Source: Vicinamibacteria bacterium (GTDB taxonomy: Bacteria > Acidobacteriota > Vicinamibacteria > Marinacidobacterales > Marinacidobacteraceae). Taken from it: a stretch of 64,000 nucleotides of DNA. Shown here one piece after another: positions 9,153 through 18,670 of the stretch. The stretch lies in the NCBI GenBank assembly GCA_963555995.3, contig OY821641.1, forward strand, positions 2,720,001-2,784,000, in the 5' to 3' direction. The position numbers and the translations under genes were made by a program. Numbering within the stretch: the first letter of the stretch is position 1; each line of letters begins with the position of its first letter. Under the pieces are notes generated by a model. It was not told where the DNA came from. It was given only the letters and a program-made list of their open reading frames with translations, and ran no database searches.

Positions 9153-10502
9153 TCAGACGACCGGCGCCGATTCGTCCCCGCCCACCGGTACGGGCCGAAC
9201 CTGCTCCACGTCGAGCCGGATCCCTCCGTAGGCGCCGCACTCCGCGCAACTGTCGCTCCATTCCGGGAACCGCTCGCCGCACGCGGAGCAGCAGTACTCG
9301 GCGGACAGGGACGGCGCGGCGGAGATCACCTCGCGGGCCCGGATCACGGCTTCGGCGAGGTCGCCGCGGCCCTCGAGGATGCGGGAGAGGCGAGCGCCCA
9401 GCGCCGGAGCGGCGGTCCGGGGCAGGTTCGCGAACGTCTTGAGGGCGTCGTCCAGCATGTAGAGACGGTCGTAGAGCTTGCCGAGGAGGTACTGGCTCTC
9501 GGCGGGGCTGTCGGCGGCGCCGATCGCCCGCTTCCAGACCGAGATCGCGTCCTCCGGACAGGTCCGGTCGAGGTAGTAGTCCTGAAGCGCCGAGAGCGGC
9601 GCGGTGGCCCCGGTCTGGTCGAACGCCTTCTGCCAGGTATCCACGGCCGCCCTCTCGTTGCCGCCCGCGAGGTAGGCCTCCCCGAGGCGCACCCAGGCGG
9701 GCACCGCTTCCGGATCCTCCTCGAGGATGGCCCGGAACACCCGCGCCGCCTCGGCCGGCTCGCCCGCTTCGAGGAGCTCCCTGCCGTATCCGTGGCGGAG
9801 CGACAGGGTCCGCTGCTCCTCGGCGGCGCGGGCGGAGGGGGCGACGTGGGAGACGAGCTGCTGCTGGACGGACAGGGCGGCGCGGCTCTCACCCGCCTCC
9901 ACCAGGAGGTCGCGAAGCCGGGCGAGGGCCGTCGTCGGCGCCTCGGGATCCTCGGCGATGGTCTTTTCGAGCAGGGCCCGCGCCTGCTCGCGCTCTCCCA
10001 TCGCCTGCCGGGCCTCCGCCAGCGCGTAGGACACCTCGTGGCTTCCGCGATCCTCGGCCAGCGCCTGCTCCAGCGCCTCGGCCGCCTCCTCGGGCCGGCC
10101 GAGCCGCATCAGGCATTCGGCCTTGCGGCGGAGCGTCCTGGGATCGGCGCCCGCGTACTCCTGCGCCGCTTCGAAACTGAGGAGCGCCTGCGGCCACCGG
10201 CCGGAGGCCATTTCGTCGAGCCCGTCGAGGTACAGCCGCTCGCCTTCCTCGAGATCCTGGCGCCCGCGCCGGAGACGCCGCTCGCGAACCAGGCGCCGGA
10301 CCCGGCCCGCCAGATCGAAAGCCAGGGCGATCGCGGCCCCGAGACCGACGCCGGCGAACATGACCTTCCACAGTTCCACCCGGATCGGCAGGAAGAACGG
10401 CAGGGTGACGGTCACGAACTGCGCGTTGGACACGACGACCACCAGCAGGACGCCCGCCGTCAACAGGACGGCGGCTACGAACAACAGGGTGCGAATGCCC
10501 AT
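9153..10502 (-). CDS. lapB: LapA-LapB-like protein (N-terminal TM pair, TPR repeats, C-terminal rubredoxin-like CxxC..CxxC)
   Basis: MGIRTLLF...SNAQFVTVTL; TPR pattern; YCCSACG...WSDSCAECG. Confidence 0.75.
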   Translation of the reverse strand: MGIRTLLFVAAVLLTAGVLLVVVVSNAQFVTVTLPFFLPIRVELWKVMFAGVGLGAAIALAFDLAGRVRRLVRERRLRRGRQDLEEGERLYLDGLDEMASGRWPQALLSFEAAQEYAGADPRTLRRKAECLMRLGRPEEAAEALEQALAEDRGSHEVSYALAEARQAMGEREQARALLEKTIAEDPEAPTTALARLRDLLVEAGESRAALSVQQQLVSHVAPSARAAEEQRTLSLRHGYGRELLEAGEPAEAARVFRAILEEDPEAVPAWVRLGEAYLAGGNERAAVDTWQKAFDQTGATAPLSALQDYYLDRTCPEDAISVWKRAIGAADSPAESQYLLGKLYDRLYMLDDALKTFANLPRTAAPALGARLSRILEGRGDLAEAVIRAREVISAAPSLSAEYCCSACGERFPEWSDSCAECGAYGGIRLDVEQVRPVPVGGDESAPVV

Positions 10503-10533
10503 CGGAGGTGACTTCTTGGGAGAACTCCCGATT

Positions 10534-10941
10534 CTAAGGCGTGGCCGACATCTCGGCGGCTTCGCTCCCGGCCCGCGGTTCCGGGTGCCAGCGGCCGGCG
10601 TCGCCCCAGAGTTTCTCGAGCTGATACAGCTCGCGGCTCTCGGGCGAGAAGACATGGACGACGAAGTCCACGTAGTCGGCCAGCACCCAGCCGGCCGCCG
10701 GATACCCCTCGAGATGGATGGGCTTGCGGCCGACCCGCTCCCGGACGCGGCGTTCCACGGCGTCCACGATGGTGGCGCGGCGCCGCTCGCTGCTGGCGGT
10801 CGCGATCACGAAGAAGTCGGTGAACCCGGCGAGGCCGCGGAGGTCGAGCACCACCACGTCGTCGGCCTTTTCGAGTTGCGCCACCTCGGCGCTGAAACGG
10901 GCGCAGGACTCGGCGGAGGCGCTCGGAACGGATTCGTTCAA
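10534..10941 (-). CDS. rsfS: Ribosome silencing factor RsfS
   Basis: KADDVVVLDL...TDFFVIATA...WVLADYVDFVVHVF...YQLEKLWGD; TTGA overlap with the nadD stop. Confidence 0.93.
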   Translation of the reverse strand: MNESVPSASAESCARFSAEVAQLEKADDVVVLDLRGLAGFTDFFVIATASSERRRATIVDAVERRVRERVGRKPIHLEGYPAAGWVLADYVDFVVHVFSPESRELYQLEKLWGDAGRWHPEPRAGSEAAEMSATP

Positions 10942-11603
10942 CGATAGAGACCCTTTTCGGCGATGCGGTCGGCGACCCGCGGCGGCACAAGGTGGTGGAC
11001 GGGCGTCTGCTGCTTCAGGAGTTCTCGAATCCGGTAGGACCTGGGGTCGGGGAGATCCATGTCCAGGGTGAGGATACGCGGGGGGAGCAACGGTGCGGAC
11101 AGATCGGCGGTCACCCGGGCCCGGAATCGGCGCGGAAGCACCGCGACCGCCTCCGCGATCGCGCAACCGGCCCGGCGATGGACCAGCACCGGGTGGCGTT
11201 CCAGAAGGCGCTCGTAGCGGCTCCAGGTCCGGATCTCCTGGAAGGCGTCGGACCCGACCGCGAACAGCACCGCCGCCCCGCCGGCCGGCCGGCCCCGCCC
11301 GGCCGCCAACCCGTCGAGGGTGTCGATGGTGAATGAAGGCCCCTCGCGCTCGAGTTCGACGGGGCTGGCGAGCAGGCGTTCCCGGCCGGCCACCGCCTCC
11401 TCCACGAGTCGAAGCCTCTCCTCGGCCGGCAGACGCGGCGTCGCCCGGTGGGGAGGAATCCGCGCCGGCGCCAGCCATACCGCTTCGACCCCCATGCGGT
11501 CCCGGACGGCCTCGGCGGCGCGGACGTGGCCCCAGTGCGGGGGATCGAACGTCCCGCCGAAGACCGCGATCACCCCGGGCCGCCGGACCGCCGCGTCCGT
11601 CAT
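10938..11603 (-). CDS. nadD: Nicotinate-nucleotide adenylyltransferase
   Basis: FGGTFDPPHWGH, PPHR, SFTIDTL, GSDAF; obgE-nadD-rsfS synteny. Confidence 0.93.
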   Translation of the reverse strand: MTDAAVRRPGVIAVFGGTFDPPHWGHVRAAEAVRDRMGVEAVWLAPARIPPHRATPRLPAEERLRLVEEAVAGRERLLASPVELEREGPSFTIDTLDGLAAGRGRPAGGAAVLFAVGSDAFQEIRTWSRYERLLERHPVLVHRRAGCAIAEAVAVLPRRFRARVTADLSAPLLPPRILTLDMDLPDPRSYRIRELLKQQTPVHHLVPPRVADRIAEKGLYR

Positions 11604-12616
11604 GCGTCGCTCCGTTCGGCGCCCCCGGCCACCCGGGCGCCGAGTTCGGCGATCAGGGCCGCGCAGCCGTCCCCGGTCGCCGCCGATACCGCAAAGAAGG
11701 GCAAGCCGCCTGCCGCCGCCGACTCCGAGAGCGCGTCGAGGCGGGCGTCGTCCGTCAGGATGTCCGTCTTGTTGCCCACCACCATGGCCGGCTTTCCCGG
11801 CAGGCTGCCGCCGTAGAGCGTCACTTCCCGCTGGAGCACCGCGAGATCGGCCGCCGGAGCCCGCCCCGACGACTCCGAGAGGTCCACGAAATAGACGAGG
11901 AACGCGGTCCGGGACAGGTGCTTCAGGAACCGGGTCCCCAGCCCGGCGCCCTCGCTGGCCCCGGGAATGAGGCCGGGAAGGTCCGCAACCACGAATTCGG
12001 CGTCGTCGCCGAGCCTTACGAGGCCGAGGTTCGGGGTCAGGGTCGTGAACGGGTAGTCGGCGATGCGGGGCTTCGCGGCGCTCACCCGGGCGATGAACGA
12101 CGACTTGCCGGCGTTCGGGAAACCCACCAGACCCACGTCCGCGAGGAGCCGCAGTTCGAGCCGGACGGTGCGGGCGACCCCGGACTCGCCGGGTTCGGTG
12201 CGCCGGGGCGCCTGGTTGGTCGGCGTCCGGAAGACCGCGTTGCCTCGCCCGCCCCGGCCACCGGGCGCCACCGTGAGCGAGCTGCCGTCCTCCACCAGAT
12301 CCCCGAGCAGCACGCCGCTCTCTTCGTCATAGGCCGCCGTCCCCGCCGGCACCCGCAGCCGCAGGTCCTGTCCCGAGCGGCCCTGCCGGTTGTTCCCGGA
12401 GCCGTGCCCACCGGAATCCGCCCGGTAGCTGGGCCGGTAGCGGTACGCCGCCAGCGTGTGGCGCCCCCGGTCCGCGACCAGCACGACGCTCCCTCCGCGT
12501 CCGCCGTTCCCGCCGTCGGGGCCGCCGCGGGGCACGAACTTCTCCCGGCGGAAACTGAGGGCCCCGTTGCCGCCGCGCCCTCCGGCGAGCTTGAGAACGA
12601 CCTCGTCAACAAGCAT
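11600..12616 (-). CDS. obgE: GTPase ObgE
   Basis: FRREKFVPRGGPDGG, GFPNAGKS, DYPFTTL, DLPG, NKTD. Confidence 0.97.
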   Translation of the reverse strand: MLVDEVVLKLAGGRGGNGALSFRREKFVPRGGPDGGNGGRGGSVVLVADRGRHTLAAYRYRPSYRADSGGHGSGNNRQGRSGQDLRLRVPAGTAAYDEESGVLLGDLVEDGSSLTVAPGGRGGRGNAVFRTPTNQAPRRTEPGESGVARTVRLELRLLADVGLVGFPNAGKSSFIARVSAAKPRIADYPFTTLTPNLGLVRLGDDAEFVVADLPGLIPGASEGAGLGTRFLKHLSRTAFLVYFVDLSESSGRAPAADLAVLQREVTLYGGSLPGKPAMVVGNKTDILTDDARLDALSESAAAGGLPFFAVSAATGDGCAALIAELGARVAGGAERSDA

Positions 12617-12619
12617 GTA

Positions 12620-12709
12620 CTAGTGGGGGAAGCACCCCGCTCTGTTCGTCGGACAAACGTCGAGCCGATTGTCCCGGAATTCGTTCGTGCGGGGCGCTTC
12701 CCCCACCAG
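12620..12709 (-). promoter_or_regulatory. Long stem-loop ending 3 nt before the obgE start
   Basis: 21-bp arms 12620-12640 / 12689-12709; both mismatches are G-U on the transcribed strand; inner GGACAA/TTGTCC stem. Confidence 0.65.
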
Positions 12710-12750
12710 GTGATGCCGCGTCTCGCTTCGCGATCCGCGCCATCTTTTCC

Positions 12751-12777
12751 GTGGGGAGGGGGACACCCCCTCCCCAC
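12751..12777. repeat. Perfect GC hairpin
   Basis: GTGGGGAGGGGG-ACA-CCCCCTCCCCAC. Confidence 0.7.
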
Positions 12778-12898
12778 ACCCCTCCCCGGCGGCGCTGTGC
12801 GCCGCGGGCGAATACAGGCAGACGCTCACCACAACCACCGCACCGAAGGACGGGCCAGCTTCCGCCGGCTCCTGGGAGGACTTACGGACTTGACGCCA

Positions 12899-13153
12899 TC
12901 AGTCCGCGGCGATCGAGATGAACCGGCCCAGCCGCCCGCGGTTCCAGAACTGCACGACCCCGCCGACCTTGGCGAAGAGGGTGTCGTCATTCCCGCGCCC
13001 AACGCCCACGCCCGGCTTGAAGCGGGTGCCGCGCTGGCGGACCAGGATGGTCCCGCCCGATACCCGTTCGCCGGCGAAGCGCTTGACGCCGAGCCGCTTC
13101 GAGTGGCTGTCGCGCCCGTTCCGGGAGCTTCCCTGACCCTTCTTGTGCGCCAC
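12899..13153 (-). CDS. rpmA: 50S ribosomal protein L27
   Basis: [24 protein letters not shown]. Confidence 0.99.
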   Translation of the reverse strand: MAHKKGQGSSRNGRDSHSKRLGVKRFAGERVSGGTILVRQRGTRFKPGVGVGRGNDDTLFAKVGGVVQFWNRGRLGRFISIAAD

Positions 13154-13198
13154 GTTGACCTCCCGAGTGCTTCAGCCGCTTCTTCAGTCGTGACCGAT

Positions 13199-13555
13199 CT
13201 ACTCCGCTGCGGACGCGCTGTCGGCGGCGTCCGCCGTCCCCTCGTGGATGGCCTCCACGCGGACCTGAACGCGAGCCTGCCGATGTCCCTGCTTCTTCCG
13301 GTAGCCCTTCCGGCGCTTGCGCTTGAACACCAGCACCTTGGGATCGCGGTAGTGCGCCAGCACGGTCGCCGAGACGGTCGTTCCCGGCAGGTAGGGATTG
13401 CCGATGCGGCACTCACCACCCTCCGGATCCCGCACCATGAGGACGCGGTCGAACGACACGCTGTCGCCATCGCTGGCTTCGAGCTTCTCGAGCGCGAGGC
13501 GCTGCCCGGGCTCGGCGCGGTGCTGCTTGCCGCCGCTCTCGAAGATTGCGTACAT
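13199..13555 (-). CDS. rplU: 50S ribosomal protein L21
   Basis: MYAIFESGGKQ...FKRKRRKGYRKKQGHRQ. Confidence 0.98.
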   Translation of the reverse strand: MYAIFESGGKQHRAEPGQRLALEKLEASDGDSVSFDRVLMVRDPEGGECRIGNPYLPGTTVSATVLAHYRDPKVLVFKRKRRKGYRKKQGHRQARVQVRVEAIHEGTADAADSASAAE

Positions 13556-13584
13556 GAGGTGTCTGCCCGGAGAAACGCGGGATT

Positions 13585-13771
13585 CTAGCAGCCTGTGGTG
13601 AAACCCCCGTGAGCGCCGAGAGCGGCGAGGCGCCTCGCTGACAAGGCGCGTGAGGGAGGAATACCGGGTGTATTCCGACCGAAACGCAACGCAGAGCGCC
13701 TCGCAGAGGCGTGGTTCAGCGAGGATGCATCGCCGCTCGAACGCCGCGAGGGTTTTGCCACAGGCTGCTAG
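13585..13771 (+). mobile_element. MITE family A copy (187 bp including both CTAG)
   Basis: CTAGCAGCCTGTGG...CCACAGGCTGCTAG; core CTGACAAGGCGCG..GAGGAATACCGGGTGTATTCCGAC. Confidence 0.88.
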
Positions 13772-13809
13772 CAGCGGCGGAGGTCCACCCTGGTTCTGAT
13801 TTGCGAGCC

Positions 13810-15051
13810 TCAGGAGACCCGGATCGAGGCCAGCATGTCGGCGTTGTTCTTCGTCCGCTCCATCCGGCCAAGCAGCAGCGACATCGCCTCCATCGGCTTC
13901 AGGCCCGCGAGCGCGCGGCGAAGCAGATGGGTCTTCGGCAGTTCTTCGGCCGAGAGCAGGAGCTCCTCACGGCGGGTCCCGGACTGGTGAATGTCGATCG
14001 CGGGAAAGATCCGCGACTCCGCGAGCTTCCGGTCCAGCACCAGTTCCATGTTGCCGGTGCCCTTGAACTCCTGGAAGATGACCTCGTCCATCTGGCTGCC
14101 GGTGTCCACCAGCGCCGTCCCGAGGATGGTCAGGCTGCCGCCGTCTTCGATCTTGCGCGCCGCGCCGAAGAACTGCCGCGGGAACTCGAGCGCCCGGGAA
14201 TCAATCCCGCCGCTCATGGTGCGGCCCTTCCCGCGCATCTCCCGGTTCGCCGCCCGTCCCAACCGGGTGATCGAGTCGAGCAGGATCACCACGTCTTCCT
14301 TCATCTCGACGAGCCGGCGGGCCTGCTCCAGCACGATCCGGGCGACCCGCACGTGGTCCGCGCTGCCGCTGTCGGCGGTGGAGGCGACCACTTCGGCCTT
14401 GGGGACCGAGCGCCGCATGTGGGTCACTTCCTCCGGACGTTCGTCAATCAGCAGGATGATCAGGTGGATTCCCGGATAGTGATCCGAGATGGAGGACCCG
14501 ATCTGTTCGAGCAGAATCGTCTTGCCGGTCTTGGGGGCCGCCACGATCAGGCCGCGCTGACCCCTCCCGACGGGGGAGATGAGGTCCACCACGCGGAGCG
14601 ACAGCGAAGCCGGTTCGGTGCGCGCGAGCTCGATCCGGGGGGCCGGATGCTCGCTGATCAGGTCGGCGTAGTTCCGCCGCGGGGGCATGGCATCGACCGG
14701 ATAGCCGTTGACTTCGAGGACGGTGTGGAGTTCCGCGCGGGGCGGCCCCCCGCGCCGGCGGCCGCGTCGCGGCGGGCCGTGATAACCGAGGATCGTGTGC
14801 CCCTCGCGGAGCTTGTAGCGGTCAATGAGGCCGAACGGGACCCGGACATCGGTAGCCCGCGGCAGGAAGTTGTTGGCGAGGAGGCGCAGATGGCCGCTGT
14901 CGCGCGGCCCGATGTCCAGCAGGCCGGTGATCTCGATGCGAGGGATTTCCGGTTCGCGGGCTTGCGGTCCGCGATCCTTTTCGCCGGCCGGGGGAACTGG
15001 TTCCACCACCGCGACTTCCTCGTTCGCGGCGGCGACGGGCGCGTCGGGCAT
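13810..15051 (-). CDS. rho: Transcription termination factor Rho (short, divergent N-terminus)
   Basis: GRGQRGLIVAAPKTGKT, LLIDERPEEVT, LDSITRL, ARKIEDGGSLTI, EFKGTGNME, SGTRREELL. Confidence 0.93.
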   Translation of the reverse strand: MPDAPVAAANEEVAVVEPVPPAGEKDRGPQAREPEIPRIEITGLLDIGPRDSGHLRLLANNFLPRATDVRVPFGLIDRYKLREGHTILGYHGPPRRGRRRGGPPRAELHTVLEVNGYPVDAMPPRRNYADLISEHPAPRIELARTEPASLSLRVVDLISPVGRGQRGLIVAAPKTGKTILLEQIGSSISDHYPGIHLIILLIDERPEEVTHMRRSVPKAEVVASTADSGSADHVRVARIVLEQARRLVEMKEDVVILLDSITRLGRAANREMRGKGRTMSGGIDSRALEFPRQFFGAARKIEDGGSLTILGTALVDTGSQMDEVIFQEFKGTGNMELVLDRKLAESRIFPAIDIHQSGTRREELLLSAEELPKTHLLRRALAGLKPMEAMSLLLGRMERTKNNADMLASIRVS

Positions 15052-15480
15052 GGGCGTTTTCCTCAGAGTTGGGGCGCGTCTTCGCCAAGTGGTGGGGCTT
15101 TCGGGTGACTGTTGGCTGCTTCGGCGGGGCCGCTTGGTGCAGACCCGGCATGGGCAAGGAGCCTTTGATTCGGCAACTCCGGAATGCGGACGGCGCCGGT
15201 ACCGGCGAGGGTCGCCGGGCGACAGTCTCGAGGGCGAAACCGGGCCGGCGCACCTCAAGGCGCGCAGAACCGGGCTCACCGGTCCGCGGATCGGAGTCCC
15301 CGGGAACGCCGGTCGTTAGTTGCGGAGCGAAACCGCCGTGAGTTGAGACCGGGTCACAGTGGGTGGGGAACGCGCTGCCGGTCGAGCCGCGTCATCCCCC
15401 AGCGAATCCGGGAATCAAGTGTAGCACGGGCGACCGCGTCCGCCCGGAAGAAACCGCGCGGAGTGCGGCGCCCGCGCCGC

Positions 15481-15825
15481 TCAGCGCGCTGCGATGGAAT
15501 GGACGGTCACGGTGCTCTTGTCCTCGCTGAGGACACCGGTGACGGTAACGTCCTGTCCCGCGAATTCCGTGACCTTCTCCTGATCGTCCACGGCGTAGAC
15601 GGCGTCGTCCGCCTCCACGAAGAGCGCGAGCGCCGCGCCCATTTCGACGCACGCAATGGCGCATTCCGGATCCGTCATCCCGTCCATCATGTGCTCCTTG
15701 GCGCACATGTCGTCGGTGACGTGCGCCTCCCAGGTCTGCTCCTCCTGGGCGACGGCGAAGGCAGCGGCGCCCGCCAGCAGCAGAACCAGGGGAAAAACGA
15801 TGGTTGCGTTTCGAACGGGACGCAT
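15481..15825 (-). CDS. Small exported Cys/His/Met-rich protein (possible metal binding)
   Basis: Signal peptide; DDMCAKEHMM...ECAIACVEMG...FAGQDVTVTG. Confidence 0.8.
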   Translation of the reverse strand: MRPVRNATIVFPLVLLLAGAAAFAVAQEEQTWEAHVTDDMCAKEHMMDGMTDPECAIACVEMGAALALFVEADDAVYAVDDQEKVTEFAGQDVTVTGVLSEDKSTVTVHSIAAR

Positions 15826-15969
15826 GACGACCTCCTGCCAGCCATCCGGCCGACTATCGGTCGGCATTGTGGCGCATCCCGGCCGGCCGGGCGAACCCAA
15901 CCGCCCGGAACGGCCGCTGGTGAAACCCAGGCGGCCCGGTTGCTGCGAAAATGCAGTTCCGCAGGTTGG

Positions 15970-16193
15970 CCAACAGCCGTGACGGCGCCGCCGGCCTGGA
16001 ACGCCGGTCTCCAGACCGGCACCCGCGGCGCTCCGCGCCGCGCACGGCGAAACCCATCCACCCTCACGGCGGCTCGGAGCGCCGACCTCGAGCCCGCTGA
16101 GCGAACACACCCGGTATTCCTCCCTCGCGCGCCCTTCCCGGCGCGCGCCTCGCCGCCCTCGGCACGCAACCGGATTCCACCACCGGCCGTTGG
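15970..16193. repeat. Chimera of MITE A and REP element
   Basis: CCAACAGCCG...CGGCCGTTGG ends; REP at 15991-16055; MITE half-core CCGGTATTCCTCCCTCGCGCG from ~16100. Confidence 0.7.
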
Positions 16194-16217
16194 CGGTCAG
16201 TATGCTCCCCGCCGTCC

Positions 16218-17582
16218 ATGGGGAAAGCGCCCACCAAGCCGGTCAGCGGGATGCGGGACCACCTCCCCGCCGCCGCCCTGACCCGGCGTGAGGCGTTCCG
16301 GCGCGTCGAGAACGCCTTCGCCGCGCACGGCTTCGTTCCCCTCGAGACCCCGGCGATGGAGCGGCTCTCGACGCTGCTCGGGAAGTACGGCGAAGAGGGT
16401 GACCAGCTCATCTACCGGGTGCTCCACCGGGGCGAGCGCCTGGCCCGGGCGCTGGACCGGCAACCGGTGGAGCCGGGAGACCTGTCCGAACTCGGACTCC
16501 GCTACGACCTCACGGTGCCGCTCGCCCGGGTCACCGCCGAGTACCGCGCCCAACTGCCCCCGGTGTTCCGCCGCTACCAGATCCAGTCGGTCTGGCGCGC
16601 GGACCGCGCCCAGCGCGGGCGTTTCCGGGAGTTCACCCAGTGCGACGCCGACATCGTGGGCAGCAGTTCCCTCGTCGCCGATGCGGAAGCGCTGGTGGTC
16701 CTGCACGCGGCGCTTTCCTCCCTCGGTTTTTCGGACTTCACCATCCTGCTGAACCACCGGGAGCTCCTGCGGGCGCTGATCGCGGCCAGCGGAATCCCTG
16801 CCGGGTCCGAGCAGGAGACGCTCGTGGTGCTCGACAAGATGGGCAAGATCGGCCGCGAGGCGGTGGAGAGCGAACTCGGCGGCCTCGCCGAGGTCGGGGC
16901 GGACCGGGCCCGGCGGCTCCTCGATCTGGTGCCGGGCGATGCCGTAGACCGGGACGGCGATCTGGACCGGCTCCGCCGTCTCGGACCGGCGCTCCCCGAG
17001 GGGCCCGGAAGAAGCGCCGCGTCGGACCTCATCGAGCTGTTCGATGCGCTTGACGACGCGCTGGGAGAAGCCGCTCCGGTCCACTTCTCTCCCAGCCTGG
17101 CGCGCGGCCTGAGCTACTACACGGGACCCATCTTCGAGGTGGTCGCGGCGGGCGGCGCCGGGTCCCTCGCCGGGGGCGGGCGCTACGACGGATTGGTCGG
17201 GATGTTCAGCGGGAGGGCGACCCCGGCGGTGGGGTTCTCGCTGGGCATGGAACGCATCCTCATGCTTCTCGAGGAGGGCGGAGCCTTCTCGGCCGAGGGG
17301 GCGGCGCCGCAGGCGATGCTCTGCCCCCTCCCGGGAATCGCCGTCCGCGACACCCTCCGGGTCGCCCGCACCCTGCGCGCTGCCGGCGTGCGGCTCGACG
17401 TCCAGGTGGACTCATTGAAACTGGGAAAGCAGCTCGGACGCGCGGCCGCCACCGGCGTTCCCTTCGTCCTCATCCTCGGCCCGGACGAACTCGGCGACGG
17501 CCGCTGCACGGTCCGCAACCTCGAAACCGGCGCGCAGCGCACCGTCCCGCTCGCCGAGGTCCCGGAAGCCCTCGAAGCCTGA
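16218..17582 (+). CDS. hisS: Histidine--tRNA ligase
   Basis: LRYDLTVPLAR, WRADRAQRGRFREFTQCDAD, LARGLSYYTG, GGGRYD, GFSLGMERI. Confidence 0.97.
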   Translation: MGKAPTKPVSGMRDHLPAAALTRREAFRRVENAFAAHGFVPLETPAMERLSTLLGKYGEEGDQLIYRVLHRGERLARALDRQPVEPGDLSELGLRYDLTVPLARVTAEYRAQLPPVFRRYQIQSVWRADRAQRGRFREFTQCDADIVGSSSLVADAEALVVLHAALSSLGFSDFTILLNHRELLRALIAASGIPAGSEQETLVVLDKMGKIGREAVESELGGLAEVGADRARRLLDLVPGDAVDRDGDLDRLRRLGPALPEGPGRSAASDLIELFDALDDALGEAAPVHFSPSLARGLSYYTGPIFEVVAAGGAGSLAGGGRYDGLVGMFSGRATPAVGFSLGMERILMLLEEGGAFSAEGAAPQAMLCPLPGIAVRDTLRVARTLRAAGVRLDVQVDSLKLGKQLGRAAATGVPFVLILGPDELGDGRCTVRNLETGAQRTVPLAEVPEALEA

Positions 17583-17591
17583 CGCCGCCGG

Positions 17592-17888
17592 TCAAGCCAC
17601 CGGCGTCAACAACACGCGGCTGCGGTCCCGGATTCGGGGATTCAGCGGATCCGCCCTGCCCTCCCTCGGGTCCGGCAGCCGCTGGGCGCGGAAGCGCTTG
17701 TCCGCCGCGAAGTACTCGGGCTCCCGCATGGGAGGCAGCGGCCGCGACGGATCGCGGACGTAGATTCCGTCCTCAGCCTCGCGCATCGCCCCGACGAACA
17801 GGACTTCCCGCCACTTCCGGAGGGGAACGCTGAAGGCTCCCCGGTCTCCGACCGGTCTCAGGTCGTGGAAGGGGCCGCGGTCGGACAT
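17592..17888 (-). CDS. Hypothetical protein (98 aa)
   Basis: Fills the gap between hisS and trmJ; plausible composition; no family recognised. Confidence 0.55.
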   Translation of the reverse strand: MSDRGPFHDLRPVGDRGAFSVPLRKWREVLFVGAMREAEDGIYVRDPSRPLPPMREPEYFAADKRFRAQRLPDPREGRADPLNPRIRDRSRVLLTPVA

Positions 17889-17928
17889 GGGGAAACGTTC
17901 CGTCGCCTTCTAGGATAGGCAGTCGCTC

Positions 17929-18669
17929 ATGACCGAGGTCCACTTCGTTCTTGTCCGGCCCCGCCGTCCGGAGAACATCGGTGCCGTCGCCCGGGTGATC
18001 GGCAATACCGGGCTTGCCGGCCTCCGGCTGGTCGAGCCCGGGGACTGGCGGACGGTCGAGGCGTTCCGCATGGCCTGGCAGGCCGAAGAAGTGCTCGAAC
18101 AGGCAGTCGTGTTCCCCACGTTGGCCGAAGCGGTCGGCGGCTGCCGGCTGGTGGCCGGACTGAGCGGCCGGGGCCGGGAAGCGATCCGCCATCTGACCCC
18201 GCGGGAGCTCGCGGGCGAAGTCGCGGCGATCGGGCCGCACGGCGAGGTCGCGGTGGTCTTCGGCAACGAGTCGAGCGGGCTGACCCTGGAGGAGCGCTCG
18301 CTCTGCCAGCGCCAGGTGCGGATTCCCACCTCGCCCCGCCAGCCTTCCCTGAACCTCGCCCAGGCGGCGATGATCGCCGCCTACGAGATCTTCCTGGCGA
18401 ACGGTCCCCCGGCCGAGGAACCCGTGCGGCGGGCCACCGCGAAACAGGCCGAACGCGCACTCCTCACGCTGCGCGACGCCATGCTCGCGGTGGGATTCCT
18501 GCCGCCGCAGAAGCCGGAAGCGCGCTTCGCCGAATGGCGCGAACTCTTCGGGCGTACCGGCCTCACCGAACGGGAAACCCGGATGATGATGGCCTTCACC
18601 CGGCGGGTGAAGGACGCGGGGACCCGGGCGGGAAAGCCTCCGGCCCGGAGCGGCTCCGGAACGGCCTGA
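17929..18669 (+). CDS. trmJ: TrmJ/LasT-family SPOUT RNA methyltransferase
   Basis: VLVRP..PENIGAVAR, VFGNESSGL, PSLNLAQA. Confidence 0.85.
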   Translation: MTEVHFVLVRPRRPENIGAVARVIGNTGLAGLRLVEPGDWRTVEAFRMAWQAEEVLEQAVVFPTLAEAVGGCRLVAGLSGRGREAIRHLTPRELAGEVAAIGPHGEVAVVFGNESSGLTLEERSLCQRQVRIPTSPRQPSLNLAQAAMIAAYEIFLANGPPAEEPVRRATAKQAERALLTLRDAMLAVGFLPPQKPEARFAEWRELFGRTGLTERETRMMMAFTRRVKDAGTRAGKPPARSGSGTA

Positions 18670-18670
18670 G

